This document shows, in pieces, positions 29,386-39,244 of a DNA stretch of 64,000 bases. Both the position numbers and the translations under genes were made by a program. This DNA is from an uncultured Solirubrobacterales bacterium (GTDB lineage Bacteria; Actinomycetota; Thermoleophilia; Solirubrobacterales; JBBDJG01). Every line of letters starts with the position of its first letter. Positions within the stretch are counted from its first letter, which is position 1. The DNA is taken from contig CAVSXO010000021.1 in assembly GCA_963731895.1 (NCBI GenBank), positions 4,796 to 68,795 of the forward strand, in the 5' to 3' direction. The notes under the pieces were generated by a model, which searched no databases, was not told the DNA's origin, and saw only the letters and a program-made list of their open reading frames with translations.

Positions 29386-31699
29386 CTAGCGGCGCACGTC
29401 CTCGCAGCCGATCACCGAGTCGAGCGCGTCCACGTCGGCGCGGTCGGCTCCCGGCCCGCAGTCGATCTCGTCGCGAATGCCGTTGTTGGCGGCCTGGATG
29501 TAGTCGTTGCCGCCGCCGCCCAGGAAGCGGTTCGCCCCCAGGTTGTCCTCGAGGTAGTCGTTGCCGTTGCCACCGTCGAGCACGTCGTTGTCGAAGTTCC
29601 CCTCGAGGTGGTCGTCGCCCTCGCCGCCGGCGAGCGTGTCGTTGCCCTTGCGCCCCTGGAGGCGGTCGTTGCCGTTTCCGCCGTCGAGAAAGTCGTTGCC
29701 CGGGTCGCCCTCGAGGTGGTCGTTGCCGTCCACGCCGAAGATGCGGTCATCGCCGAAGCCGCCCAGGATCAGGTCGGGCCCGGGCGTTCCGGTCAGGTTG
29801 TCGGGGCCGTCGCTGCCGGTGATGATCGACTCCTCGACCTCGCCCGGGTCGGTCAGCTCTGCCGGTACCGGCACGACCTCCTCGCAGTCGACAGTGGTGT
29901 CGCGAGTGGGAGCGTCCTCCTCCACATAGACGATGTCGTTGCCGGAGTCGCAGTCGACGGAGTCGTGGCTGGCGTCTGCGACATGGATGGTGTCGTCGCC
30001 CTTGCCGCCGGTGATGATGTCCTCGCCGGTGCCGCCCTTGATCGCGTCGTTGCCGTTCCCGCCGCTGATGATGCGCTCGTCGCCCGAGCCGCCCTGCAGG
30101 GTGTCGTCTCCGTCGGAGCCGTAGATCCGGTCGCGGTGCATCTGGCCCTGGAGCGTGTCGTTGCCGATGCCGCCCGACAGCCGGTCGCCCGCGCGCCCGC
30201 CCTGCGCGGCGTCGTTCCCCTCGGCGCCGTAGATCCGGTCGACTCCGCCGCCGCCGATGAAGCTGTCGTCGCCCTCGTTGCCATAGAGCTTGTCCCCGGC
30301 GCGGGCGCCGTCGAGCAGGTCGTTGCCGGGCCCGCCCTCGAGGTGGTCGATGCCGAGGCCGGACTCGATCAGCTTGTCGTCGCCCTCACCGCCGAACGCG
30401 CGGTCGTCGGCGTCGCCCGGGTCGAGGTGGTCGTTGCCGGGCCCGCCGTCGAGCGTGTCGTTGGAGTTGCCGCCGTGCATGTAGTCGTTGCCGTCCGAGC
30501 CCTTCAGCGAGTCGCGGCCGAAGCTGCCGAACACCTTGTCGTCGCCGAGACCGCCGTCGACCTGGTCGTTGCCGATGCCGCCCGACGCGGTGTCGTTGCC
30601 GTCGCCACCCTCGACGACGTCGTTGCCGCGGAACCCGTTCAGCGAGTCGTTGGCGCCCAGACCGCGCACGATGTCCGGGCCGCGGTCGCCCTTCAGGACG
30701 TCCGGGCCCGGCGTGCCGATCACGAGCGAGTAGCCCGACTGCGCGGCCATGCCGGTGATGCGCCGGCCGACCCGCACCCGGCCCGGGAGCCGCCGGTAGC
30801 TGTAGCCGCTTGCGAAGGTGATCGTGCCGCTGCCCGAGTTGGCGAAGTACACGCGCGCGCCGGTGGGGGAGAAGGCGACGAACGTCGGCCCCTTCCCGGC
30901 CGAGATGCGCCGGATCCGCTTCCCGCGGCGCGGGCTGATCACGACCGCCTTGCGCGAGCGCCGGCCCGGTCCCACCAGGGCGCGCTGCCCGTTGGGCGAC
31001 AGAGCGATCCCCCCGATCGGGCGGCCGATCCGCACGACGCCGGCGTACCGGAAGGCCGCCGCGTCGATGATCGATACGCGGTGGCTGCCCGCGTTCGTGA
31101 CGTACACGCGCGCGCCCGAGGGATCGACGGCCAGCGAGAACGGTGAGATGCCGACCCTGATGGTCCGCACGGTGCGCATGCCGACGACGTCGACGAGCGC
31201 CAGCTTGCGCGTGCCGCTGATCACGTAGGCGCGCGAGCCGTCCGGCGACAGCGCGATCGCGGCGGGGCGCTTCGACGTCGCGATCTCGGCGACGGGCGCG
31301 CCGGTGACGAGGTCGATGACCGTCACCTTCCCCTGCCGGCCGCCCGACGTCACGTACGCGCGGGAGCCGTCTGGTGCGATCGCCACGCCGCGGGCGCGCG
31401 GGCGGCACCGGGATGCTGGCAACGACCGTGCGGCTGACGAGGTCGATCGCCGCCAGCCGGCCGGCGGTCGAGCCGCTCGCGACCACGTATGCGCGCAAGC
31501 CGTCGAGGCTCAGCGCGACCGCGCGCGCGGGCAGGCCGACGTCGGGCCGGGCCACGACCTTCTTGCGGTCGAGGTCGACGACCTTCACCATGGTCTTGCC
31601 GTTGGCGACCACCGCCAGGCGCGCGGACGCGGCCGGGGCCGCCAGCGCGCACGCGAGCAGGGTCAGCGTCGTGCAGAGGGCGAAACGGCGCATCTGCAC
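29386..31699 (-). CDS. Secreted YVTN beta-propeller plus RTX/hemolysin-type calcium-binding repeat protein (frameshift near 31400)
   Basis: Signal peptide; PDGSRAYVT/RVYVTN repeats; many GGxGND nonapeptides. Confidence 0.85.
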
Positions 31700-31912
31700 T
31701 CGAAACTAGCGCGGGAGGCGAAAGTAGCGGCCGGTAGGCGTTGCGACGGCCAGCCCCCATGCATGCGGAGGGCAGGCGAAAGGGCTCCCCACCGGCCGCC
31801 CAAAGCCGGCGGGGGCCCAGCATCGCCCCTAGTCGCCCTCCCCAAGAGCACGGTCTAGAAAAGCCCGCGGGCGGCGACCTTTCGATCTCTCCGCCCGCGC
31901 ACTATGGGGCCG

Positions 31913-31941
31913 ATTATGCGTTATCGCACAAGGCTTGTCAA
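31913..31941 (-). promoter_or_regulatory. Near-consensus housekeeping sigma promoter
   Basis: TTGACA-N17-CATAAT on the minus strand. Confidence 0.75.
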
Positions 31942-31997
31942 GAGCCAATTTGCTCTCTTTTGCCCGGAAATTGCGGCGTATTGGCGCGGCGAAAAGG

Positions 31998-32702
31998 CTA
32001 GTCGAGCACCACGGGCGGATTGTGCCCGGGGATCACCATGTGCGGGCCGAGCTCCTTGATGCGCGCCCACTGGCGCAGCAGCTCGTCGCGCTCCGGGCCG
32101 AAATCCTGAGGCAAGTCCAGATCCTCGAAGTACTCCGGCAGCGGCCCGACGCAGTCCGACGCGATCACGACGAGCCCGTCGTCGGTGTCGACCAGCAGTG
32201 AGATCAGGCCGTTCGAGTGCCCGGGCGTGAGGATCCAGCGTACGCCGGGCTCGATCTCGCCCTCCTCGCCCGTCAGCTTGATGGTCCGCACCATGTCGAG
32301 CTTGTTCTGCTCGATCGCGGTGTAGGGAGCCTCCAGCTCGATCTCGTGCACGTACGTCTCGCGCTGGCCGAACTCGATCAGCGCCTGCACGTGGTCGAAG
32401 TGCGTGTGGGTCAGGATCACCTTCGTTGTGTGCGGCTCGATGTCGCGCTTGCGCAGCGCCCCGGTCACCGGGGCGCCCTGCATCATCACGCCGGGATCGA
32501 CCACGTAGTTCTCGCCGGCCCGGATCAGGCAACAGTTCGGGAGCGCGATCATCCCCGCGACCCGACCCTCTTTCTGGAGCTTCTTATAAGAGAGGAACCC
32601 CTCCGCCGACGTGGACGCGGGCTGCGGCTCGGCGTTGCCGTGCTCGTCGAGAGCGAACACGTAGCGCTGGGCGGGAAGGACGACTTCGACGGAGTGGGCC
32701 AT
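31998..32702 (-). CDS. Metallo-beta-lactamase fold hydrolase
   Basis: THTHFDH, TPGHS, ASD and IPGH. Confidence 0.88.
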   Translation of the reverse strand: MAHSVEVVLPAQRYVFALDEHGNAEPQPASTSAEGFLSYKKLQKEGRVAGMIALPNCCLIRAGENYVVDPGVMMQGAPVTGALRKRDIEPHTTKVILTHTHFDHVQALIEFGQRETYVHEIELEAPYTAIEQNKLDMVRTIKLTGEEGEIEPGVRWILTPGHSNGLISLLVDTDDGLVVIASDCVGPLPEYFEDLDLPQDFGPERDELLRQWARIKELGPHMVIPGHNPPVVLD

Positions 32703-32773
32703 GCGAGCGCCGAAGCCTATACGCACCGAGGGCGCCCGCGGGCGCCCTCGAAACACTCATTTGCCAGTGCAGC

Positions 32774-33207
32774 CTAGGGCGAGGTCGTGGAGGTGTACTC
32801 GAACTCCTCTTCGGCGCCGAAGACCCTGTCGAGGAGGGCTTTGCGGGCCCCCTCGTTGACGATCAGGAACGCCGCCGCCCCGAGCACGGCGAGCATCAGC
32901 AGCTTGCGCCCGCGGTGCGTCGCTTGCTGCTTGCCGCGCAGCTGGTCGCGGGCTTCCTGACAGCGAATCGGCCGTCGCGCGCAGCTCCTTGTGGAGCTTG
33001 CGGTCCTCCATCAGCGACCTTCGCCGGCCCCTTGCCGTTCGACATCCGCTTGTAGGCATGACGGGCGTGGTCGACCGCGGCCCGTACGTTGTCGCGCAAC
33101 TCGGGGTCTTCGATGAACCGCTGCACGTAGGGGTTCGTGCGCGCGCCCGCGGCCGCCTTCCCGGCCTTCCTGGCCGTCGTCTTCGCGGCCTTCGTTCTTG
33201 CAGCCAT
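32774..33207 (-). CDS. Conserved hypothetical membrane-associated protein (several frameshifts)
   Basis: NPYVQRFIEDPELRDNV..., then a TM segment and LFGAEEEFEYTSTT-like tail in shifted frames; GAGGGAG SD. Confidence 0.6.
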
Positions 33208-33296
33208 TTTTCTCCCTCGATCGTCTAACGAAACCGGTTTGCGGAGCATATACCCGGTAAAGGGTCGGTGGGCAACCTGCCGAACAGAGGTAGCGG

Positions 33297-34625
33297 ATGG
33301 CGAATTCCAGCACGAATGGAGTGAAGCCGGACCGGCCGCGCGTCGGCCTCGTGCTCTCAGGCGGCGGTGCCCGGGGCGGTTACGAGGCCGGAGTGATGTC
33401 CGTGCTCGGCCCGGCGCTCGCCGCGCGCGGCGAGCGGCCCTCTATCTATATAGGCACCTCTGTCGGCGCCGTGAACGCGGCATACATGGCGGCCAGCGAG
33501 CACCTGCCGGCCGACGAGGCCGGCGAGGGCGGGTTGCGGCGCTGGCGAGAGGTGCACAAGAGCACGGTCATCCGGCCGATCCTGATGCGCCAGGCCCCGT
33601 TGACAGCGGTGCGCTACCTGGGCGAGATCCTCTCGATCCCGGGGATGCGACTCCCCAGCCTGCTCGACCCAAAGCCCTTCGAGCGCAACCTCAATCGCTG
33701 GATCGACTGGGACGCGGTTCACCGCAACGTGGACGACGACGTCGTGGAGATCGTCGGGACCGTCGCCACGGCCGCCCGCAGCGGCCGCACCGTCGTGTTC
33801 GTCGAAGGCCACGCCGAGCGGATCAAGCACCGCTCCCATGCGATCGACTACGTCACCACGCGGCTCGACGACCAGCACGTCCGTGCGTCGGCGGCGATCC
33901 CGATCCTGTTCCCGCCGGTCCGGGTCGAGCATCCGAACGAGGCCCGCGGGTGGTACTTCGACGGTGGTACGCGCCTCAACACGCCGATCAAGCCGGCGCT
34001 CGACCTCGGCGCCGAGCGCCTGATCGTGATCGGGACGGACTCCGTCGCGGAGCCTTCGAAACGGCCCGGGCGCCACGATGCCGAGCCCCCCGACTTCGGC
34101 GACGGCGCGCTGCACGTGCTCCAGGGCATGCTCGTCGACCCCGTGGTCGAGGACATGCGCATCCTCGGCAACATCAACATGTTCTTCGCCGACCGCGATG
34201 ACGGGACGAGGGAGCGCCGCGGCCAAGGCCGGCGGATGACCGACCGGCCGACCGAGCGCTACCGGGCGGCGCGCGGCAAGCCGCCCTACAGCTGCATCCC
34301 CTACATCTTCATCGCGCCCGAGAAGCGGGGCGCGATCGGGCGCCTCGCGCACGACGTGTTCCGCGACCGCTACGGCGGCCTGAAGGGACTGCGCTCGCCC
34401 GACTTCCCGCTGCTGAACCGGCTGCTGGGCGGGGAGAGCCCCACGCACGGCGAGCTGCTCAGCTACCTGTTCTTCGACCGCGACTTCATCGTGGAGCTGA
34501 TCCGCATGGGCCAGCGCGACGCGCGACGCTGGCTGCGCGCGGACCCGGACGATCCTTGGCAGATGGAGCCGCTGGACGCGTTCACGCGAAAGACGGCCGG
34601 CCGTGCGCCCGCCGCCCGGGTATAG
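33297..34625 (+). CDS. Patatin-like phospholipase
   Basis: LSGGGARG, GTSVG, ASAAIP and DGG. Confidence 0.92.
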   Translation: MANSSTNGVKPDRPRVGLVLSGGGARGGYEAGVMSVLGPALAARGERPSIYIGTSVGAVNAAYMAASEHLPADEAGEGGLRRWREVHKSTVIRPILMRQAPLTAVRYLGEILSIPGMRLPSLLDPKPFERNLNRWIDWDAVHRNVDDDVVEIVGTVATAARSGRTVVFVEGHAERIKHRSHAIDYVTTRLDDQHVRASAAIPILFPPVRVEHPNEARGWYFDGGTRLNTPIKPALDLGAERLIVIGTDSVAEPSKRPGRHDAEPPDFGDGALHVLQGMLVDPVVEDMRILGNINMFFADRDDGTRERRGQGRRMTDRPTERYRAARGKPPYSCIPYIFIAPEKRGAIGRLAHDVFRDRYGGLKGLRSPDFPLLNRLLGGESPTHGELLSYLFFDRDFIVELIRMGQRDARRWLRADPDDPWQMEPLDAFTRKTAGRAPAARV

Positions 34626-34658
34626 CCGGGCGGGGGGTCCGCCGCGGTCGTGTGGATC

Positions 34659-34978
34659 GAAAAACCAGGTAGGTAGGGGGATGTGATCGAAGCCGGCGTT
34701 GGGCTGCCGCCGGCCGGAATCTGTACGAAAGTGCGTGCAGGAGTCACAAATTGGGCCTGACCTAAGGCCACTTTTCCGATTCGTAACGTGGCCTGCGTGC
34801 CGTCCTGGGTTGTGGTTGCTATGCACCCATAACTCGGACGGCACCAAAAGCGTGTTACCAATCACGCACACACGCGCGGCTTATTAACTAACGCATGCAC
34901 GGCGCATTACAAACCGCGCGTGGCTCGTGAACCCTCCCGCCGCCTCCTGATCCTCGACCCCATACCTACCGGTTTTTC
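34659..34978. repeat. ~21-bp imperfect inverted repeat enclosing an AT-richer ~280-bp core
   Basis: GAAAAACCAGGTAGGTAGGGG (34659-34679) versus the reverse complement of 34958-34978, GAAAAACCGGTAGGTATGGGG. Confidence 0.7.
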
Positions 34979-35056
34979 CAACCCCGGTACCCTCGCCGCC
35001 CCCGACGCCGACCCGGAACCACGCCGAGGGCGCGGTCGGTGGTCACACGACGTTCT

Positions 35057-36022
35057 TTAAGCCGCGCGCGCTTCTTGGATGACCGACCGCAACGTGCGGC
35101 GCAGGCCGTCCTCGAGGTCGACCTCGGCCACGAAGCCGAGCTCCTCGCGAGAGCGGGTCGGGTCGAGCGCGCTGCGCTGCACCTCGCCCGAGCGGGCCGG
35201 TGCGAACTGCGGCTCGAACGTGCGCCCGTTCAGGAGCCCCAGCTCGTCACCGAGGATGCCGAGCTGCTCGACCAGGTCGAGCACCGAGACCTCCTCGCCG
35301 CGGCCGACGTTGTAGGCGCCGTCGTGGTCGGCATCCGCGGCGATCATGCACGCGCGTATGACGTCGTCGACGAACACGTAGTCGCGGGTCTGCCGCCCGT
35401 CGCCGAACACCGTCGGCTCGCCGTCCAGCTGGAGCTTGCCGCAGAAGATCGCGATCACGCCGGCCTCGCCGAGCGGGTCCTGCCGGGGGCCGTAGACGTT
35501 GCCGAAGCGCATGCTCACGGTCGACAGGCCGTGCAGCCGCCGCCACAGCGACAGATAGCCCTCGCCGGCGTACTTGGCCTGGCCATAGGGAGCCTCGGAG
35601 CGAATCTCGGTTCCCTCCGGCGTCGGCACAACGTCGGTGTCGCCGTAGATCGCGCCGCCGGTCGACGCGTAGACGAACCGCCGCGCGCCGCCGCGGCGCG
35701 CGGCCTCGAGCATGTTGATCGTGCCGATCACGTTCACCTCCGCGTCGAACGAAGGCTGCGCGGCCGACACGCGCACATCGATCTGAGCGGCGAGGTGAAA
35801 CACCACTTCGGGCCTTTCGGCCTCCAGCAGGGATGCCACCAGATCCCCGTGGCGAATGTCCTCTACGACCAGCTTCGCGCCGTTCGCGATCGCGTGGTCC
35901 AGGTTGCTCTTGCGGCCGGTGGTCAGGTTGTCCAGGACGACCACGTCATCGCCGCGGTCCAGCAGTGCATCCACCAGATTCGAGCCGATAAAGCCGGCTC
36001 CGCCTGTCACAAGAACCTTCAA
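35057..36022 (-). CDS. NAD-dependent epimerase/dehydratase (UDP-glucose 4-epimerase-like)
   Basis: TGGAGFIG, YGQAK, RFGNVYGPRQDP and DGRQTRDYVFVDD. Confidence 0.92.
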   Translation of the reverse strand: MKVLVTGGAGFIGSNLVDALLDRGDDVVVLDNLTTGRKSNLDHAIANGAKLVVEDIRHGDLVASLLEAERPEVVFHLAAQIDVRVSAAQPSFDAEVNVIGTINMLEAARRGGARRFVYASTGGAIYGDTDVVPTPEGTEIRSEAPYGQAKYAGEGYLSLWRRLHGLSTVSMRFGNVYGPRQDPLGEAGVIAIFCGKLQLDGEPTVFGDGRQTRDYVFVDDVIRACMIAADADHDGAYNVGRGEEVSVLDLVEQLGILGDELGLLNGRTFEPQFAPARSGEVQRSALDPTRSREELGFVAEVDLEDGLRRTLRSVIQEARAA

Positions 36023-36149
36023 AACATCGGCCTCCTTGGGCGCCTCTAACGTTGCCCACGTGTAGGAAAGTCGTTTCTCTGCCGACTAAGACTGCTGCTA
36101 CCCTCGCCAGACGTTTCGGCCTGCGGGCCCCGACTCTTGAACTGATGCA

Positions 36150-38450
36150 ATGAGACTGATAGTCACAGAAAAAGACAACAGCGCGAAGAAGATCTCTCAG
36201 ATCCTGTCCGGGGGGAAGGCCAAGCAGAGTAAAAGCTACGGCATTCCGCATTACTCCTGGGAGGGCACGGACGGTGAGCACACGGTCATCGGCCTGAAAG
36301 GCCACCTGATGAACCCCGCCTTCCCGGAGGGCTACTCGGATTGGCGCAAGATAGAGCCGCGCGAGCTGATTTTCGCGAACCTCGTGAAGGAGCCGGTCCA
36401 GAAGAGCGTTCACAAGGCGCTTCGCAAGCAGGCCAAGGACGCCGACTCGATCGTGATCGCGACCGACTACGACCGCGAGGGCGAGCTGATCGGCCTCGAG
36501 GCGCTCGAGGAGATGCTGGACGCGAACCCCGAGCTGCGCAACGGGTCCGATGGAGCCGTGCCGCCGGGCGTCAAGCGCGCCCAGTACTCGGCGTTGACCA
36601 AGGAGGAGATCGACCATGCGTTCTCCAACCTCGTCGAGTTGTCCGAGCCGCTGGCTCGGGCCGGTGAGGCGCGCCAGGACATCGACCTGATCTGGGGCGC
36701 GACGCTGACCCGTTTCGTGTCGCTCGCGACCGGCCGCCTCGGGTCGCAGTTCCTGTCCGTCGGCCGTGTGCAGAGCCCGACCCTGGCGATCGTCGTACAG
36801 CGCGAGCTGGAGCGGCGCGCGCACGTCGCGAAGCCCTACTGGGAGGTGTTCGCCGCGTTCGAGCATCCCGACGGCCAGTTCACCGCGCACCACAAGGTGG
36901 ACAAGTTCTGGGACGAGGCCGAGGCGCAGGCGGCACTCGCCGGCACGACCAGCCCTGGCGTCGTGAAGTCCGTCGAATCGAAGCGCAACACGCGCCGGCC
37001 GCCGTCGCCGTTCAACACGACCGCTTTCACAAGTGCCTCGTCGTCGGTGGGCGTGTCCCCGGCGCGCGCGATGCGCATCGCGGAAGACCTCTATATGGAC
37101 GGGTTCATCTCCTATCCGCGAACCGACAACACCGTGTACCCGAAGTCGCTCCCGGTGCGTGAGTTGCTGAAGTCGATCTCGCAGGTGCCGGCGTTCAAGG
37201 AGGCGGCGCCGCTCGCGGCGCGCGAGACCCTCGACCCGACGCGCGGCAAGAAGGAGACGACCGACCACCCACCGATCTACCCGACGCAGGCGCTCGACCC
37301 GAACGTGCTGCCCGACGACGGCCACCGCAAGATCTACGAGCTGGTGGTGCGCCGCTTCCTGGCGACGTTCGCCGACCCGTCGGTGTCCGAGTCGACGCGG
37401 GCCGACATCGAGGCCGGGTCGGAGACCTACTTCGTGCGCGGCAACGTCCTCGTCGAGCCCGGGTTCCTCGCGGTCTATCCATATGGCCGGTCGAAGGACG
37501 AAGAGATCCCGAAGGTGGAGGAGGGCCAGCAGCTCGCGCTCGCCGAGCGGGGCGCGGTCGCGCTGCCGCCCGGAGCCGAAGCGGCCGAGCCCGCCGGACC
37601 GCGGCCGAACCCGTGGGCCGACGCGAAGGAGACCCAGCCGCCGTCGCGCATCGGCCAGGGCAAGCTGATCGAGATGATGGAGGAGCTCGGCCTGGGAACA
37701 AAGGCCACGCGCCACGACATCATCCAGAAGCTCTACGACCGCGGCTACATCCAGGGCAACCCGATCGAGCCCCGCGAGACGGGCATCGCGATGGTGAAGG
37801 CGTTCCAGCGCTTCGCCGAGACGGTGTCCTCGCCCAACATGACGGCCGAGCTGGAGTCCGACATGGACAAGATCGCTTCCGGCAACGTGACCAAGGACGA
37901 GGTCGTCGAGATCTCGCGCAAGATGCTGGCCGACTCCTATGACCTGATGGACGAGCACAAGCGTGAGCTCGCCGAGATCATCTGGGAGGGCATGAACCAG
38001 GACCGGATCCTCGGCCCGTGCCCGAAGTGCCGCGAGGCCGGCCGCAAGAACGAGCAGGGCGAGATCAACCGCCTGCGCATCATCCGGGCGAGGAAGTCGG
38101 GCAAGCGCTTCGTCGGCTGCGAGGGCTGGCGCGAGGACGAAAACGACCCCAACCGCTGCGACCAGACCTACGGCCTGCCCCAGCGCGGTGACATCGTGCG
38201 CCTGGAGGAGACCTGCTCGATCTGTGGCGTCACGCCCCGGGTGAAGGTGCTCGGCGGGCGGCGCCCGTGGAACCTGTGCCTGAACGAGGAATGCCCGTCG
38301 ATGGAGGAGATGCGCCGCCAGCGCGCGGAGCGCGAGGCCGCGCGTGCCGCGAAGGAAGCTGCGGCAGAGGCCGCAGGCGAGGCGAGCGAGGGTGAGAAGC
38401 CCGCGGCTGCACCCGCCAAGCGCCGGCGCGCTCCGGCGCGCTCGGCCTAG
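36150..38450 (+). CDS. topA: DNA topoisomerase I (type IA) with C-terminal Zn ribbons
   Basis: TOPRIM LIVTEK..ATDYDREGE, SVGRVQSPTL, ISYPRTD, HPPIYP and GLGTKATR; C4 Zn fingers. Confidence 0.95.
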   Translation: MRLIVTEKDNSAKKISQILSGGKAKQSKSYGIPHYSWEGTDGEHTVIGLKGHLMNPAFPEGYSDWRKIEPRELIFANLVKEPVQKSVHKALRKQAKDADSIVIATDYDREGELIGLEALEEMLDANPELRNGSDGAVPPGVKRAQYSALTKEEIDHAFSNLVELSEPLARAGEARQDIDLIWGATLTRFVSLATGRLGSQFLSVGRVQSPTLAIVVQRELERRAHVAKPYWEVFAAFEHPDGQFTAHHKVDKFWDEAEAQAALAGTTSPGVVKSVESKRNTRRPPSPFNTTAFTSASSSVGVSPARAMRIAEDLYMDGFISYPRTDNTVYPKSLPVRELLKSISQVPAFKEAAPLAARETLDPTRGKKETTDHPPIYPTQALDPNVLPDDGHRKIYELVVRRFLATFADPSVSESTRADIEAGSETYFVRGNVLVEPGFLAVYPYGRSKDEEIPKVEEGQQLALAERGAVALPPGAEAAEPAGPRPNPWADAKETQPPSRIGQGKLIEMMEELGLGTKATRHDIIQKLYDRGYIQGNPIEPRETGIAMVKAFQRFAETVSSPNMTAELESDMDKIASGNVTKDEVVEISRKMLADSYDLMDEHKRELAEIIWEGMNQDRILGPCPKCREAGRKNEQGEINRLRIIRARKSGKRFVGCEGWREDENDPNRCDQTYGLPQRGDIVRLEETCSICGVTPRVKVLGGRRPWNLCLNEECPSMEEMRRQRAEREAARAAKEAAAEAAGEASEGEKPAAAPAKRRRAPARSA

Positions 38451-38473
38451 CCTGACCTGATTCCCACGCTCCA

Positions 38474-39244
38474 GTGGCCGACGAGGCTTCCATGAAGCTC
38501 GAGATCGAGGCGGAGCTCGGTCCTCTCGCCTCAGATGTTTCGCGGGAGTTGTCGCCGAACGACGAGATGTTCGCGTTCGGCCGCAACTGGACCAACTATC
38601 TCTGGATCGCGACCTCCGCACTGCGCTGCATCAGGCGATCGATGGATCTCGTCGGCAAACAGGACGCGCGCCGCATCCTCGACTTCGCGAGCGGGCACGG
38701 ACGCGTGCTGCGCGTCCTGAAGGTCGCCTTCCCCGGGGCGATGACAACCGCGTGCGACGTGAACGAGGATGGAGTCCGGTTCTGCGCCGAGCAGTTCGGC
38801 TCGGTGCCGGTGGTCTCGCGTGCGGACCCTGCGCAGATCCACATAGAGGGGCCGTTCGATCTCGTGTGGTGTGGATCGCTCTTCACTCACCTCGACTCGC
38901 CCCGCTGGAACGGATTCCTGGACCTGATCCAGTCAGTGCTCGAACCGGACGCCTTGTTCGTCTTCACTGTGTTCGGCCGGCAGATCGCGGACAGCTGGCG
39001 AAGCGGCGTTCCCGACCCCGCGCTGACTCCGGAGGCGATCGAGCGGATCCTGCGCGGATACGACAACTCCGGCTTCGGGTATGCCGACTACCCGGGCGCG
39101 GAGGGCTGGGGAGACGCGCTGGTCACCCCCGAGTGGGTACGGAAAGCCGTTGACGACAGGGACGGGATGCGCGTCGTCGATTTCTGGGAGACGGGCTGGG
39201 TCGGCTCGCAGGACGTCGTCACCTGCGTGGGAAGCCCTACGTGA
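38474..39244 (+). CDS. Class I SAM-dependent methyltransferase
   Basis: ILDFASGHGRVLR and FDLVWCGSLFTHL. Confidence 0.88.
   Translation: MADEASMKLEIEAELGPLASDVSRELSPNDEMFAFGRNWTNYLWIATSALRCIRRSMDLVGKQDARRILDFASGHGRVLRVLKVAFPGAMTTACDVNEDGVRFCAEQFGSVPVVSRADPAQIHIEGPFDLVWCGSLFTHLDSPRWNGFLDLIQSVLEPDALFVFTVFGRQIADSWRSGVPDPALTPEAIERILRGYDNSGFGYADYPGAEGWGDALVTPEWVRKAVDDRDGMRVVDFWETGWVGSQDVVTCVGSPT

Noticed and set aside
3088-33207. Programmed frameshifting or mass pseudogenisation in core genes
   Set aside because: Scattered single-base indels, often in homopolymers and without in-frame stops, fit sequencing or assembly error better.
33269-33277. Single TGGGCAACC outside the island
   Set aside because: Unpaired and with no att-like neighbour; compatible with chance.
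35946-38621. Long antisense ORFs (e.g. 891 aa opposite topA, 743 aa opposite nhaA)
   Set aside because: Shadow ORFs expected from high GC3 codon bias; no recognisable motifs.
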